Source: the human T2T-CHM13v2.0 reference genome, Homo sapiens
Assembly: GCF_009914755.1 (NCBI RefSeq)
Contig: NC_060945.1
Length of the DNA: 64,000 nucleotides
Direction: 5' to 3' (one strand)
The notes beneath the pieces were generated by a model. That model ran no database searches. It saw only the letters and a list, made by a program, of their open reading frames with translations, and had not been told where the DNA came from. How positions within the stretch are numbered: position 1 is the first letter of the stretch; each line of letters begins with the position of its first letter. The position numbers and the translations under genes were made by a program. Below are positions 14,789-32,761 of this stretch, in pieces.

Positions 14789-15238
<450 letters not shown>

Positions 15239-16138
15239 TAGGTTTTTCACTTGACTCTTCCTTTAGTAATCAAGTGTTACCTAATTAACTTAGCTCCTCA
15301 TGAGTAATGTTCTTCCAACCAGGTTAATTTGCACCTTCTAAATACTTCTATAAGGTCCTCCATATTTATTATTGCTTACTGCAATTGGCATTTGCCTTAA
15401 AATTATCTTTTTGTGATCTACTTTATGACCAGGTTGATAGTTCCTTGAGGTCAGCAACAATGCTTTAATTATCTCATTCTTAATTATCACATGCTGATGT
15501 CAATGGAAATACTAAACAGATCCTTAATAAGCTGGATCCTAACCTCTGACATCTTTAAAGAGATGTACTGAAACTTTCAACATCACTATTCATTTAAATG
15601 GACACTCTTTTTTATCACAATTACATATATGCTCAAAATATAGTTTCCTACATATTAAATATATAGGAAATAAATATTTATATGTATATCTATTAGAAAC
15701 ATTTACTGATATATTTAACACAGATGAAGCTAAATATGAAAGATTTTCTTCTCCCAGCGTAGCGCGTTAGTCTGTTTCTTTGAGCAGCTGCCCCAGGTGT
15801 CAGCGTTCAGGAAGTCATTTAAAACCAGGGACACCAGGGTAGTTTCCATGGAAGCAGAAATTAACCGTTAACAATCTCCTACACGGTTCACATCTGGTAT
15901 AATTCCCATTGTAGAGAAAAATTGAGTCAAATTACTATTCTAAAAGACAAGTAGAAGTAAGAACAGTTGTCTTAGTAGTTATTGTATATTACTGCAAATG
16001 TTCCTTGGTGATATGTATCGTACGTTAATATAGAAAAGTAAAGAGCCACAATCTAATGACTTTTCCAAAACATATTTTTAAGTGACTATATGATAATAAC
16101 CTTTGCTATTTTAGGTTGTTAAATATCTACCCTATCAA

Positions 16139-16420
<282 letters not shown>

Positions 16421-16979
16421 ATATATATATATATATAATATATATATATATATACACACATAAAATATATATATGCACATAAAAATATATATGCACATTA
16501 AAATATATATATATTATATATTTACCCTACCAAATATCTCCCCACCCTAAGTTTCCTTTGTCCATAGTTTCAGAAAAGACTTTATTGATTTGAAAAAAGA
16601 ATGTTCACTTGGCACAGTGAAAATATTTCTTCATTATTTCTCTTAAAAAGATCTTGAAGTTTTGAGAGGCAAAGGGTTAGAGAAGCCCTCCAGTGGCATT
16701 ATCACATGCAGGAGTTTTAGACTTGAAAATAGTGAAGGAAAAGATATTCCCCCACCTATAATTTGTCCTCACTTGACTCGAGTTGTACAGTGATCCAACC
16801 CTTTTTCAATCTCTATCACACAGGTAGTTTATGTTGCTTTGGAATATTTTTAGGGGACAAGGCAAATCGTGTTTTCTCAAATGCTTTTTGGAACTGACTC
16901 ATTAAAGAGATTCAATTAAAGAATAAAAAGACTTAAAAAAGAACATTGTGCTATGACATCTAAATTCTATTTGAGGAAA

Positions 16980-17620
16980 TATCAGATAAACATAAAATGC
17001 AGAACATTTCATTAAAATCAAAATTAATGTATTCTTCAAAAAATGCCAATGTCATAAATTACACAGAAAAGCTTAGGAATTGTTCCGTATTAAAGGAAAC
17101 TTAAAAGACGTGACCAGTAAATATAATGTGTTATCCTAGACTGAATCCTGAACTAGGAGATAAAAGCCAAACTGCAAATGACTTTGACTTTACGAGGTCA
17201 ACTGACAATATTTGAATATAGATCATAACATAGATAAAAGCATTGAATAAACATTTAGGTTATCTCAGTTCTTGACACTAGTATTTATAACATTATCCTT
17301 ATTTTTAAAAAATTCACTGTGACATACTCAGCACTAAAAAACTATAAGTAAACAACTCTCAATTCATTAAAGTTGCTGTTTATATATGTATATACACAAA
17401 CACAGGAATGTATATGAAATATATATTTTATATGCATATATTACCTATATAATACAATAATTTTGTGAAACACTTGATAATGTGTGTGTATTTACACACA
17501 CAAAGAAACACAAATAGTAAAACAAATAAGGCTAAAATTTACAAAAGCTAAATATAAAGAAAATATGCGTGATTTTTGTGCTGTTCTTGCAATGTTTCTA
17601 TACGTTAAAATTATCACCCT
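16980..17620 (+). mobile_element. L1MC-type 3' UTR fragment
   Basis: 'tcttcaaaaatgccaatgtcataaa...attaaaggaaacttaaaagacgtgacc...atcctagactgaatcctgaac'. Confidence 0.65.
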
Positions 17621-17621
17621 T

Positions 17622-18196
<575 letters not shown>

Positions 18197-18211
18197 ACCA
18201 GATAAACTCTC

Positions 18212-20180
<1,969 letters not shown>

Positions 20181-20204
20181 AAATCATGCGTTCTTTGTTA
20201 CCCG

Positions 20205-20500
20205 CTATGATACATTGTCGATGAAAATGGCCATAATTTTTCTCCTCCCTGGTTCTATCCCCCTTTACACCATGGTTTTAGTCTTGTCTTCTCAAGTAGT
20301 GGTGTCTATTTAAGCAACCCTAAATTCTGTGACTTTCACTGATCAGTTGGATGTGGTGGGAGGTTTGTGGTACCATCACCAAGCAGATTTATGCTTGGCT
20401 TCTTGGATCCGTGTGAACAAGATGAGGCTAGTTGGCTGATAGATGAGACAACAGGTGGGCCATAGGTTACTCTTCCCAGTTATTCTAGCCAAGCCACATT
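20205..20500 (+). mobile_element. MLT1G/H-like LTR fragment
   Basis: 'aaaatggccataatt...ctcaagtagtggtgtctatt...tgtgactttcactgatcag'. Confidence 0.5.
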
Positions 20501-21139
20501 GGTTTGTTTCCCATTCATTAGTCATAAAGCAGTTATGATTTAAGTACATTTTATATAAATTGTTTTAACCATTGGAAAACCAGCACCTAGCTATAGTCAA
20601 GCAGACATAAGTATCATAAAATATTTGCAATAAAAACATACATAATGCCTAAAATGCAAGGTTTGTTTAAATGCTGTCAATGATCCAGTGAAAGATATGG
20701 AACAGGAATCATTAATCTCATTTTATACTGAAGGCAGCAGAATCACAAAGAATTAACTTCTTAAACTTTCTTAGGAGGCTAAGTGTCAGAAATTTGAACC
20801 TTGTTATTTTTATTTCAGAATCAATGTATTTTTATTATAGTAGACAACAAGTTTTAGAAGAAATACATTTGCTTTCTCTTTGTTTTAATGAAAATGTGTG
20901 TATTTTTTTTTCTTTTTATAGTTTTCTTTTATTTTTTGTTGCATCCCAGTATTTAACATCTGCTTGGAGTAATGACTATAAATGATAGCCAGGCAAGACT
21001 CATGAACAACATATACTTTCAGATTTCTAAGGAAGATGAAGAAAAGGAGTTTTAGACATGAGATGACTGCAGGCTTCTTGATACATATTTATTTTTCTCA
21101 TCTACTGCTACCAATGAGTATTATTATATTATCTATAAC

Positions 21140-22230
21140 AAAATTCTACCATCCATTTATGTAGTTGATACTTCCTGAGTTCCTGCTATTTGCCAGGCAC
21201 TGTGCCACTACTGTCTATAGTGGGAAACAAAACAGAATCCCTAAGTTCCTGGCCTCATGGAGCTTATAGTCCAGTGTGAGAGAGAGATGACTAACAAGTA
21301 AATACACATACATTAATTTGGAAATGATAACTGCTACACTGGAAAAGAACCAGAAACCAGAGAGAAAACAAAAGGCTAGGGACTGGTGATTTAGTAGTGA
21401 AGTATGAGTGCTGCTCTGGGTGATAAGATGTGGAATCAAAACCTGGAAGCAAAGGCGAGCACAGTGGCTCATGCCTGTAATCCCAGCATTTTGGGATGTC
21501 AAGGTAGAGGGATCACTTGATCCCAGGAGTTTGAGACCAGCACATAGGGAAACCCCATCTCTATAAAAAATTGGAAAGTTAGCCAAGTGTGGTGATGCAT
21601 GCCTGTAGTCTCAATTACTTGCAAGTCTGAGGTGGGAAGATCGCTTGAGCCCAGCAGATCAAGGCTGCAGTGGGCCATGATCGTGCCACAGTACTCCAGC
21701 CTGGGTGACAGAGTGAGACTCTGTCAAAAATCCCCAAAATACAAAAAAAAAAACCCCACAAAAAAACCTGGAAACAGAGCTGGGGTGGAGAAGCAAGCCC
21801 AAAAAACTGAACTTCGTGGGCAAAGGCTGTAAGATGAGCAAGAGTTTCAGACACCTGAGAAATTAAATAAGCCTCATTAAGTCTGAAGGAGAGGGAACGA
21901 AGCAGAGTGTGCCAAGAAATGAAGGTGGGAAAATAGGAGCCTTATAGGCCAAGGTATAGCATTCAATTATATCTCATTGAGGCATGCAGAAAAATAGAAG
22001 CAGAAGAATTATTAAACTTGTGATCTACCAGCGGAAGACTAAATTTGGGATCATGAAAATGGGAAAAAATATAGGGCATTGTTTAAATGGAATGACTTTT
22101 CCAGTGTAGATGAGTAGAAAGAAAACATTAAAAGTATTTTACAGATAAAATGAATATTTCAGGTGATGAATTAATGTGGGATTTTAGAAATAAGTTGATG
22201 TAAAGCATGAGTCCTAGATACGTGCCTTGA
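21140..22230 (-). mobile_element. L2 LINE remnant interrupted by AluJ
   Basis: 'cctgctatttgccaggcactgtgc...ggcctcatggagcttatagtccagtg' is the antisense L2 3' end. Confidence 0.65.
21454..21762 (+). mobile_element. AluJ with TSD
   Basis: 'tcaaggctgcagtgggccatgatc'; TSD 'aaaacctggaagcaaa' / 'aaaacctggaaacaga'. Confidence 0.9.
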
Positions 22231-22657
22231 TAATAAAAGTGTAACCTCTCTTACAGAATATTTTTTTCATAACTTGGAAAAGGTGAGCAGAAATCATGTG
22301 AAATATATTTAACTCTCCAATATTCTATGAAGTTTTTACCTAAGTGGATCCATAAAAACTGCTATGGACACTTAAGAGTATAGTTTATATAAATGTATTT
22401 GTAACGTACAAACTGAAAATAGAAATAGAATTATGGATTGTTGTTGTAATTGTATTTTGAGTTATATTCAGAAATTCATTATGAATATTTTGAATGCCCT
22501 GTTTATTGAACTTCTAGGAATTTTGTGTCCTTATTAAGGTCTAGAATTGTATTTGAACTCATTTAAATAACTTTCATCTGACTTGCTTTTTATACTAATA
22601 ACTTCAATTCTAGCCATAAACTTTTATTGTCAATCATTCCCAGTTTTTATTTTCAGC

Positions 22658-23090
<433 letters not shown>

Positions 23091-23289
23091 TGAATGTGCC
23101 AATTTCATATCAAGTAGGTATTCAAAAACTCCAGCAGCATGTAGGATTACAGTTATTATAATTGATAAACCAAATGGAACCTGAACTCTTTGGGTGTGGA
23201 GAACATCTCCATCTCCAGAGCCTGGAACAATGTCTTATACATAATAGGTTTACATATAATAGTTTACACACAATATTTTAGAAAACTGT

Positions 23290-23760
23290 TTACCTGATAT
23301 AGTGGGCATGACTTGTCCTGCCCTTAAACTAGAAGAAAGAACTCAAATTTCCAGGCTTCCTTGCAACTAAAATTCAGGGATGTGGCCTAAGTTCTAAATG
23401 AAACTTTTATTTGAAAGTTGGTAACATAAGGGAACAATCTCTGCAAAAGATAGCTTTTACTAGAGGAGATAATGGCAGAGATACCTGGGAGGTTGTTACG
23501 AGGCTAACATAGAAGAGGGAATGGTAGTTGTTACGAGGCTGAGTGTTAGTGTTCATGGTGAACTTGGGTTCAGGACATGAAGTTCACGCCATAACTGTTA
23601 CACAGGAGCAGTGGCATCTTCTCATGAGGCCATTTTTTTTTTAAATTTCTTTCTCTCTCTCTCTCTTTTTTTTTTTTGGCAAGCTTTTCTGATTTGAACT
23701 GCAAGACTGTATCTCTGGATTTTCCAATGATTGTGGATGCTATCAACCATTCCATTAATT
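23290..23760 (+). mobile_element. Degraded ERVL LTR (LTR33/LTR41-like)
   Basis: 'atttccaggcttccttgcaactaaa...gatgtggcctaagttct' motif. Confidence 0.4.
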
Positions 23761-24029
23761 TAATCATCAAATATTTTCTGAGCATCTACTATGAGCCAAG
23801 TTAATTGGCAACAGGATAAGCAAAGACTAGAAGTACGCAGTCTTTGTATTTACAGATTCTAATCATGGATGCACGTGACCAATAACAAGCAAAAAATTAC
23901 AGTTTTCATGTGATAAGTGCTCCAAATAAATCCCCATACATGTCGATAGAAACATGCAAAAAGACAACTAATCTAGTCTTATGGGATCAAAGTAAGCTTC
24001 CTCAGAAAGGCAAATCTGAACTAATCTCA

Positions 24030-24185
24030 GAGCAGGGCTTGCCAAGCTGTGGTTGCAGACCATCTGCATCAGAAACTCCGGGGATATTTACAGTACAGAA
24101 TTCTTTACCACCCTCTAGATTTACTGATTCAAAATTTATGAGATTTTACACAAGAATCTGCAATTGTATTAAACATCACACATAC
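24030..24185. mobile_element. MER5-like DNA transposon fragment
   Basis: 'ggttgcagaccatctgcatcagaaac...tactgattcaaaat...aagaatctgcaatt'. Confidence 0.55.
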
Positions 24186-25721
24186 CAAAAAATAAAAATC
24201 TAACATAGCAAATGAAAATGGGTTGACTGAGAGAAGAGAATGGATCTAGAATTTAAGTATCAGGGGGAAAAAAAAAAGACTGTTTGAATGATTACTGTCC
24301 AATGATCGAAGCACTTGCAGGGATAGATACTATCAAGTGTCTGTATATTAACACATTTTTATACTGAGAGAAAAAGCCACAGTTTAGGGTCAAAGAGATA
24401 TTGATTGAATCTTACATTTCCCACTTAACCCATTGGCTAATTTGTGTAGCTTTGAATCTCAATATCTTCATTCAAACATCAAGGAGTGATTATAATGTCA
24501 TGAGAAGATAGCTAAGACTAAGTAAAACAAAGTTGTATAAAGGCAATAACCAGCAATAAATGTTGGTTTCCTTTTCTTTGTGCACACATTTTTTTAATCT
24601 AGAAGAGTTGCCTATGGATGGCATATGTTTAGTAGTTATGAGCGCTGATATTATCAACACATAAAAGAGTATCAAGGAAATCAGCTGTTAAGTAGAAACT
24701 TACCAATGGCTTTTACTAATTGCCTTAATATAAGCTCAATGGCATGTTTATAGTGCACATTACAGTTCACTTAGGAGCACATTATTTTTAGTTGAAATAT
24801 ATTATCGTATTGGATGAATAGACATAAGGGTATGTATTCCCTTATGATCAGATGTTGTCTCTGATCTAGCTTGCCAAAAATATGAATAGCAAAAGAAAAC
24901 AAAAGGTCACATTTGGTCAAAACTCAAAGAAAGGTATTTTAAATTTATTAAGAGTATCTTATGAATTTTCTAATGTTTAGCATTATTTATAGTGAAATGT
25001 AATGTTGGCACAGTACTATCACTCAGATCTAAAGTCCTTTCTTCTAAGAGTGTAAAACAGTATTTTCTCTTTTTATTATTAGCATTTGCTGTCAATTTAA
25101 CATAGAGATTATGGACCAAAAAATTATACTGGAAATTACTTCTTTTTGTGCGTTTTTAATTTCATGATACTCTTGATATGTTTTTGTTGTTTTGCTTTTC
25201 AATGCAATCAAATATTATGTTCTCATTATGGCAACTCAGTAACAGTTGAGCTGAATTTCCATGGTACTAAGGTTAGTAAACAAGGTATTCTTGATTCTAG
25301 CAGATGTGTCTGATTTGAAACCTCTGTTTTTAAGGTGGGGATACTCAAGCCAGACACATGACAACAAACCCAGGAACTACATGTTAAGAACTTAGTAGCC
25401 TCAGGATAGAAACATCTCTCTTAGCACTCTTCTTTTTCCATCAACCATGCTGATTATATGGTCATTTATACTGAAACAGTTTTCCCTTTCTTCTCTCTTA
25501 TACATTAATGCATAATTCTTGATATGCAATACAGTTGCATTGTAATGTATATATATATATATATATCTTTATATGACAGGGCTCTAAAATTTTCAATGCA
25601 GTTCAACATCACAAAGTTCACCAGTTTGTACTTCCTCACATATTTACAGTAGTTTCTGTGGTCCAACATCCAAAAAAAAACCTACATGTTCTCACCAATA
25701 TGTGTTAGAATCTGTATTTAG

Positions 25722-25726
25722 AGATG

Positions 25727-25780
<54 letters not shown>

Positions 25781-25935
25781 TAGATAGATAGGTATAGATA
25801 GATGACAGAGAGGTGTAGATTTTAGAAAGATGGTAGATAGATGTAGATTTTAGAAAGCTGATAGAGGGATAGACTGATATTTTATATGATAGATAGATGG
25901 ATAGATAGATACATAGATACATAGATGATGTAGAT
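25722..25935. repeat. Compound (TAGA)n(CAGA)3(TAGA)n tetranucleotide STR with a degenerate tail
   Basis: Read directly. Confidence 0.95.
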
Positions 25936-26321
25936 TTTTCTCTTCTCTGAGATTTTGGGGTTATGTTTTGGTGTTTTAGTTTTTTTTAAACTCATGCTTC
26001 CCAGAATAAAGTAATGATTTCCATACTATGCAAAGTGTTTCATATTTTGTTTCTTCTAATATTTTAAATTTATCTTATATTACACCCTTTTAATACACTG
26101 TACTCCAACTTAAGTTGTAAATCTAAAACACTAAAATGTCTCCTAGGACAAGACTTTACTTTCTTATGTTTTTAATTACTTTTTATTTTTTCCTGTTATA
26201 TTCTGCTTTCATATTTCTAAAAGCCTAGACTTAAATAACATTTTAAATGCTTTCCCTTTTTGATCAATAGGTGGACAAGTACTGCTTTGTTTTAGCTTCT
26301 ACAGAGATGTTCCCTTGGACA

Positions 26322-26705
26322 TTGGTTTTTGTTTCTCATTGCTGCTGTAACAATTTTTCAGGGGGCTTAAGCAATCCAAATTTATTATTTTAGAATTCTG
26401 TAGGTGAGAAGTCCAACTGGGGTCTTACTGGACTAACATGAAGATGTTGGCAGTACTGTATTCCTTTCTACTCTAGGAAAGAATTGCCTCCTTAATGTTT
26501 TTGGGTTCTAGAGGTTTCTTTGGCTCCTGGGCCTATTCTCCTACTTCAAAGCTAGAAAAGGTGAGTTGAGTTTTTCTCACACTGCATCTCTGAGACCTTG
26601 CAGACATCATTATATCTTTCTCTGACTCTCCCCTAAATCTCTCTTCCACTCCCTCTTCCCTGTGATTACATTAAGGCTTACCTGGATAACCAGGACACCC
26701 TCTCC
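26322..26705 (-). mobile_element. MLT1C/D-like MaLR LTR
   Basis: 'ttgctgctgtaacaa...ggcttaagcaatccaaatttatt...ttctgtaggtgagaagtcc'. Confidence 0.75.
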
Positions 26706-27797
26706 TTTGATAGTTTATTTTAAGCTAAGTGGTAAGTTTAAATATATACTATTCTTTGTTACAGCTTTTAGCTAAAATTAAATAGAAACTTTTAATTTTT
26801 AAGCTTTTAACATTTTAAAAATTACTATGATTATTTTTCTTTGTGACTCCTCTGTTATAAAAACACACACATGTAAACATACCCACAAAATACTTTCCTC
26901 CTGAGGCAGTTAATCTAACCCCACTAATCAGAAGAAAAATCACATGAACTATCTTAATAAAATATTTCTATAATTCTTATTAATTATTTAGTTACTTTTG
27001 CAGATGTTTTTACATCCTCATAAAGTTCTTTAGAGGAGGACATGTGTTTTAATCTTCTTTCTTTGCATTATAATTTTGAAAAAATAATTTGATGCGTGAA
27101 TATATAAAAATAACATTTGAAACTCTTACTAATCTAGTCAAGGGAAAATACATCAACTGGAATTACAGAGCACTGTTTATTCTTTGAATCTTACATGGCT
27201 GTAAGATTCTAAAATCAATGTTGTATAAAAATTTCTTATTGTAAAACTATCCTTGAAAGACATCCAGTCTCCTGGAAAATGCAACACATTTGATCTCTCA
27301 GTAAATCTAGCATTTCTTTTAAAAGCTGAAGTATTGGACCAGATCAGTGTTCCATCTGCTGAATGTCAGTGAAGTAACTGGCTTGGATTTTGATGTCAGT
27401 GGCACAAACATAATGCAAGTTTTAACATCCCACTGAACCCAATGAGATGCTCACATGAGTGGATGCCTGAGGGCCTAAAAATAGCTTTTCAGACCTCCCC
27501 AAAATAAAATAATGCATCCTTAAGTCCATTATTTTTTTTCACTCCACATACTCTTCAGCAAGAAATCAAGTTGGATCTTTTAAAATACCGAATAGCCATA
27601 ATCAAACCATGCCTTCTGCTCATTGCCTCTAGCCTGGTCTAACTCATCAGCATCATCTATTGTCTTAGCAGCAGTAGTCTTCTAACTGGTCTTTCTATCC
27701 CTTTACTTACACAGTCTGTTTTCAATCTGTTCTTTTAAAACTCTGAACAGATGATATCACTTTCTTTGCAGATTTCTTTCTTTTTTTTTTTTGTGAC

Positions 27798-28155
27798 TAT
27801 ATTACTCTGTTTTCACAATGCTATAATGACAGATTGGGTAATTTATAAAGAAAAGAGGTTTAATTGACTCACATGGCCGGGGAGGCCTCAGTAAACTTAT
27901 AATCCTGGTGGAAGGGGAAGCAGTCACATCTTACATGGCGGCAGGAGAGAGGGTTAGCAAGAGCAGGGAAAACTGCCTCATGAAACCATTAGATCTTGTG
28001 AGAACTCACTCACTATCATGAGAACAGCATGGGTGAAACCACCCATGTGATCCCATCACCTCCCTCCAATGACAGTGGGGATTACAGCTCCCTGCCTCAA
28101 CACGTGAGGATTTGGAGATGAGATTTGGGGGTGGGCACAGAGCCAAACTGTATCA
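27798..28155 (-). mobile_element. THE1D-like solo LTR with 5-bp TSD GTGAC
   Basis: 'gggtaatttataaagaaaagaggtttaattgactcac...cacagagccaaactgtatca'; gtgac at 27793-27797 and 28156-28160. Confidence 0.92.
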
Positions 28156-29165
28156 GTGACCCTCTGTTTTACCCAGAGTAAAAACAATATTCCTTTGGCC
28201 AATGATGCTGTTCACCTTGAAAATATAGTTGGTATCTTTGTTACTATTTATATTTGAAATGTGATATATGCATATTTCTATATTCTTAGATTTGAGTGGA
28301 AAATGTTTGCTTTTAGGTTTTCTGGATTTCAGAACTGTAGATAAGAATCAGAAGGTCTATCTTTTTGAATATGGCAAAAATGCTAGCCTATGGTTCCCTT
28401 TTTATGAATATTTCAGCCACCCTTTAGAATTACCTATGAGGAAAGAAAAAGAATCTCAGTAGCTGTAATCTTTAATAAAACTTATGTGCTATATAAAATA
28501 TAGTAAAGAAGAGATGTCCTTCCCTGAGAATAGCACCTGTTCCATAGGTAGTTGGATTTGGTCCTGTCCCAGAAATTTACCCCCTGGCTTAAAACAAAAT
28601 GGCTGGAAACGAGAATTTATATCATTGACTAGGCACACAATAGAATAAGTTTGCTGAGCTAAAGCACAGTATATCTGAGCAGGAAAAGCAGTGTGAAGGG
28701 CCAGCCTGTGTAATTTTACTCAGAACTCAATTTTGTAGCTGGGTTTCTTAAGTAGTTTTCAGCATGTGTGTTAAAGTAGTCTCCAGTTTAGGAGGGTCAC
28801 AAAAATGTCACTATATTCAGAGTAACTAGAACCAGCAGTAAAACAGAATTCTGTAGAGACTACAAACTTAAAATGAAAACTTTTTCCCCCCAGCCCCATT
28901 TATACTACTGATAATTTAACAGCATGAAATGTGCTTAGTTCCCCTCTTCAGTGGTGAATGCATGCTAATGCTGCAGACAAGTTACGGGCCTTAGTTCCAA
29001 AACCTTTAAAATCATATTTTGTGGTTTTTACATTCTACTCATCATTTTCTTATTTAAAATATGAATAGAAGATATGTAAATAAATAGAAAGATAGAAACA
29101 TATAATTTAATTTTTTGACATCTGAATGAAAGTAAAAATTTCCTTTATGGGCTATTTTGGAATGA

Positions 29166-29467
<302 letters not shown>

Positions 29468-30554
29468 TGACTTTGAATTTGATAACATGTCTTATCCTTG
29501 TGGTTTAAGTTTTCTTTATTAATATTTATATTTGAAATTTAATATGCACATACTTATTTGCTCATAGGTTTGAGTTTGGTACTGAATGTAAACTATGAAA
29601 GAAGCCAAAATCTAACAGAAATTTAGTAAAATTTCCAGAGAAATTATTTTTGTTCCATAGACTTTCTTTAATTGTTTGGTCAAGGAGTTTTATGGAAACT
29701 TAAAAAATTATGATCTTCTTTCCATCCTTTTTGCTTTCTTTCTACTTTATGTAATTTATTGATCAATTGCTTTTAAAACTCAATGTACTGAAAACATTGT
29801 TATTCCAGGTTGCCTGCATTCAATTTCAAATTGAAAAATAAAATTAATGAAAATATTCATTTGTCAAAAATTTAAAAATACACTTTTTATGAAAATATGA
29901 ACATTGTATACTACTTGTATTAAGATCTCGCTTGTATTCTTTCCAATCATTTGATCCAAACATATTAATAAATTAAAAGTTGCAGTCTATAGTAGGGTAA
30001 AGATTGAGTTTTTTTGTATTACTTAAATATTTTAAACATTTGAACTCATCAGCCATGCTGATGCTGCTTTATGAATTTAATTAATTTGTAAAAAAATACT
30101 TTCTAGGAGCTCTTCAAATGGATCTAGTATTGAAAAACATGTTATATAACAAAATTTGCTTTTCATTCTGTCATAAATGTATAATGAGATAAAATAATCT
30201 TGAGGATTCAATGCTATAGAAAATGAGTCATTCCAGATATCAAGAAAAATGAAGCATCTAATTTTTGAATCTCAAAAATAGCCTCTCAGAAAAGAGAGCA
30301 ATATACAGAAGTGTTCTGATGATAAAGAGGAAAAATAAAGTTGTAAGAATTTTCTAGCAGTAGTGTTTTCCCAAGACATACAATTGAAATTATGAATAAA
30401 AAGCATTAATAGTTGTCATCCAGTGATCTAGTAGTTTTATTTAAACTTGAGGTTTTTTCTTAATTCTAAAAACTCTAAAAGACCATCATAGAAATTGAAA
30501 TATTTCAGTCTGACACAGTTTCACATACACAGAATAATCAAATATCATTTAATT

Positions 30555-30770
30555 TCTACATAAAAGAAAACTAGAGGTAGTTAAAGTGGTAAAACTGGAT
30601 TTTATTCAGGAACTATTGCAATGGGGAAAAGAGGCCTCTGTGTAAACCTGGCCTCAATTCTGAGTACAGCATAGACAAGTCAGGAATGTACAAGGAGTAG
30701 AGTAGGAGGGTCTGTGCATGTAAAATTACTAAGAGGAAACATCAGCCGTAAAGGGCAATTCAGGAAATCA
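30555..30770 (-). mobile_element. MER31/MER67-like ERV1 LTR fragment
   Basis: 'ttttattcaggaactattgcaatgggg...aaaattactaagaggaaacatca'. Confidence 0.6.
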
Positions 30771-31735
30771 ATGTCATAAGAAAAGTAGCCGAGTGTTTGC
30801 AGTCCCAGATGTACTGGTTTCTTAGTAGGAATAACTCTGAACATTTTAAAATAAAATATAAAAATATTTGAATGATCAAATCAAACATTATTCTTATACA
30901 AGAATAACCAATACAATGTCAAGTGTTTTAAATACATATAATGAATGTGAACCATTAATACGATCAGTCTATCTTTTGAGTAACATAAATGAAGTGTTAT
31001 TTGACCAATTAATTTAGACTTACAATTCTTAAGTTGATGGGAGACCAAGTTTATGAATACTGCTGCAATAGTCAGTGAACTTAAGTTTCACTATATTTGT
31101 AAATCTGCCGGATTTATGATAATTACTTAAGAAATTTTGAAAATGTATATGTATCTACATAAATGTATTAGGCAACAGGGGTATGATTTTGAACAGAACC
31201 TAGACTAGTAGCAGAGTGATTGTGTAAGTCAGGTTTGGAAAAGATGATGGGTAAGTGAGGAATGGTCAAGGGATGTCTTAATTAAGCTGATATTTATTTA
31301 AAATATTTGTTCTTTTCACCCCTCATTCATGCCTTGGTAGAAAAGAACATCATTTGTATTTCCAAACCAAAACTGACTCAGAAGTCTCATAACAGCCTAA
31401 ATCAAGGGCCTCTTTTTATAGCCCAGGCTTATATGAGTTCTCTAATTTGTGTTGGAAACCTTTTCCTTCCTTGACCTCTGAAAAATGTCTTTGTGTTGGC
31501 CCTCTTCTTGCTTTCTGGGTGTCCATCTTTGGACTTCTGTTTTGATCCCTCTTACTTTCACAGTCCTTCACTGCTGCTCCTCAAGTTGGTCTTCGTTGGT
31601 TCTTCTCCACCATGGGCCCAGGTGACCTCATCCTAGAGTTTTAATCATAATCTTTTTGCTGATGATTCAAAAGTCTTTCCTAATATCTGAGTCTCTTAGC
31701 TTATTTGTTCACTCATTTAATAGTACTGATTTAAC

Positions 31736-32761
31736 AATCAACAAGTAGATTCTGGATATTAGCCCTTTGTCAGATGAGTAGATTGCAAAAATTTTCTCCC
31801 ATTCTGTAGGTTGCCTGTTCACTCTGACGGTAGTTTCTTTTGCTGTGCAGAAGCTCTTTAGTTTAATTAGATCAAACAAATTTACAAGAAAAAAACAAAC
31901 AACCCCATCAACAAGTGGGCGAAGGATATGAACAGACAGGTCTCAAAAGAAGACATTTATCCAGCCAACAGACACATGAAAAAATGCTCATCATCACTGG
32001 CCATCAGAGAAATGCAACTCAAAACCACAATGAGATACCATCTCACACCAGTTAGAATGGCGATCATTTAAGTCAGGAAACAACAGGTGCTGGAGAGGAT
32101 GTGGAGAAATAGGAACACTTTTACACTGGTGGTGGGACGGTAAACTAGTTCAACCATTGTGGAAGTCAGTGTGGAGATTCCTCAGGGATCTAGAACTAGA
32201 AATACCATTTGACCCAGCCATCCCATTACTGGGTATATACCCAAAGGATTATAAAACATGCTGCTATAAAGACACATGCACACGTATGTTTATTGCGGCA
32301 CTATTCACAATAGCAAAGACTTGGAACCAACCCAAATGTCCAACAATGACAGACTGGACTAAGAAAATGTGGCACAAATACACCATGGAATACTATGCAG
32401 CCATAAAAATTGATGAGTTCATGTCCTTTACAGAGACATGGATGAAGCTGGAAACCATCATTCTCAGCAAACTATCGCAAGGACAAAAAACCAAACACCG
32501 CATGTTCTCACTCATAGGTGGGAATTGAACAATGAGAACACATGGACACAGGAAGGGGAACATCACACACCGGGGACTGTTGTGGGGTGGGGGGAGGGGG
32601 GAGGGATAGCATTAGGAGATATACCTAATGTAATGATGAGTTAATGGGTGCAGCACACCAACATGGCACATGTATACATATGTAACAAACCTGCACATTG
32701 TGCACATGTACCCTAGAACCTAAAGCATAATAAAAAAAAAATTTAAAAAAATCAACAAGTA
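31736..32761 (+). mobile_element. L1PA4-like, 5'-truncated and 5'-inverted (inverted part ~31746-31873), TSD AATCAACAAGTA
   Basis: Antisense ORF2 segment joins the sense 'tcaaacaaatttacaagaaaaaaac'; ORF 32157-32528 is the ORF2p C-terminus (..PFDPAIPLLGIYPKDYK..MFSLIGGN); poly-A; TSD at 31736-31747 and 32750-32761. Confidence 0.95.

Noticed and set aside
28060-28115. Degenerate ~28-bp internal duplication in the THE1D-like LTR
   Set aside because: Probably a subfamily variant or old slippage; cannot be shown to be locus-specific without the consensus
32157-32528. 123-aa ORF
   Set aside because: It is the C-terminus of L1 ORF2p in a truncated, promoterless L1, not a gene
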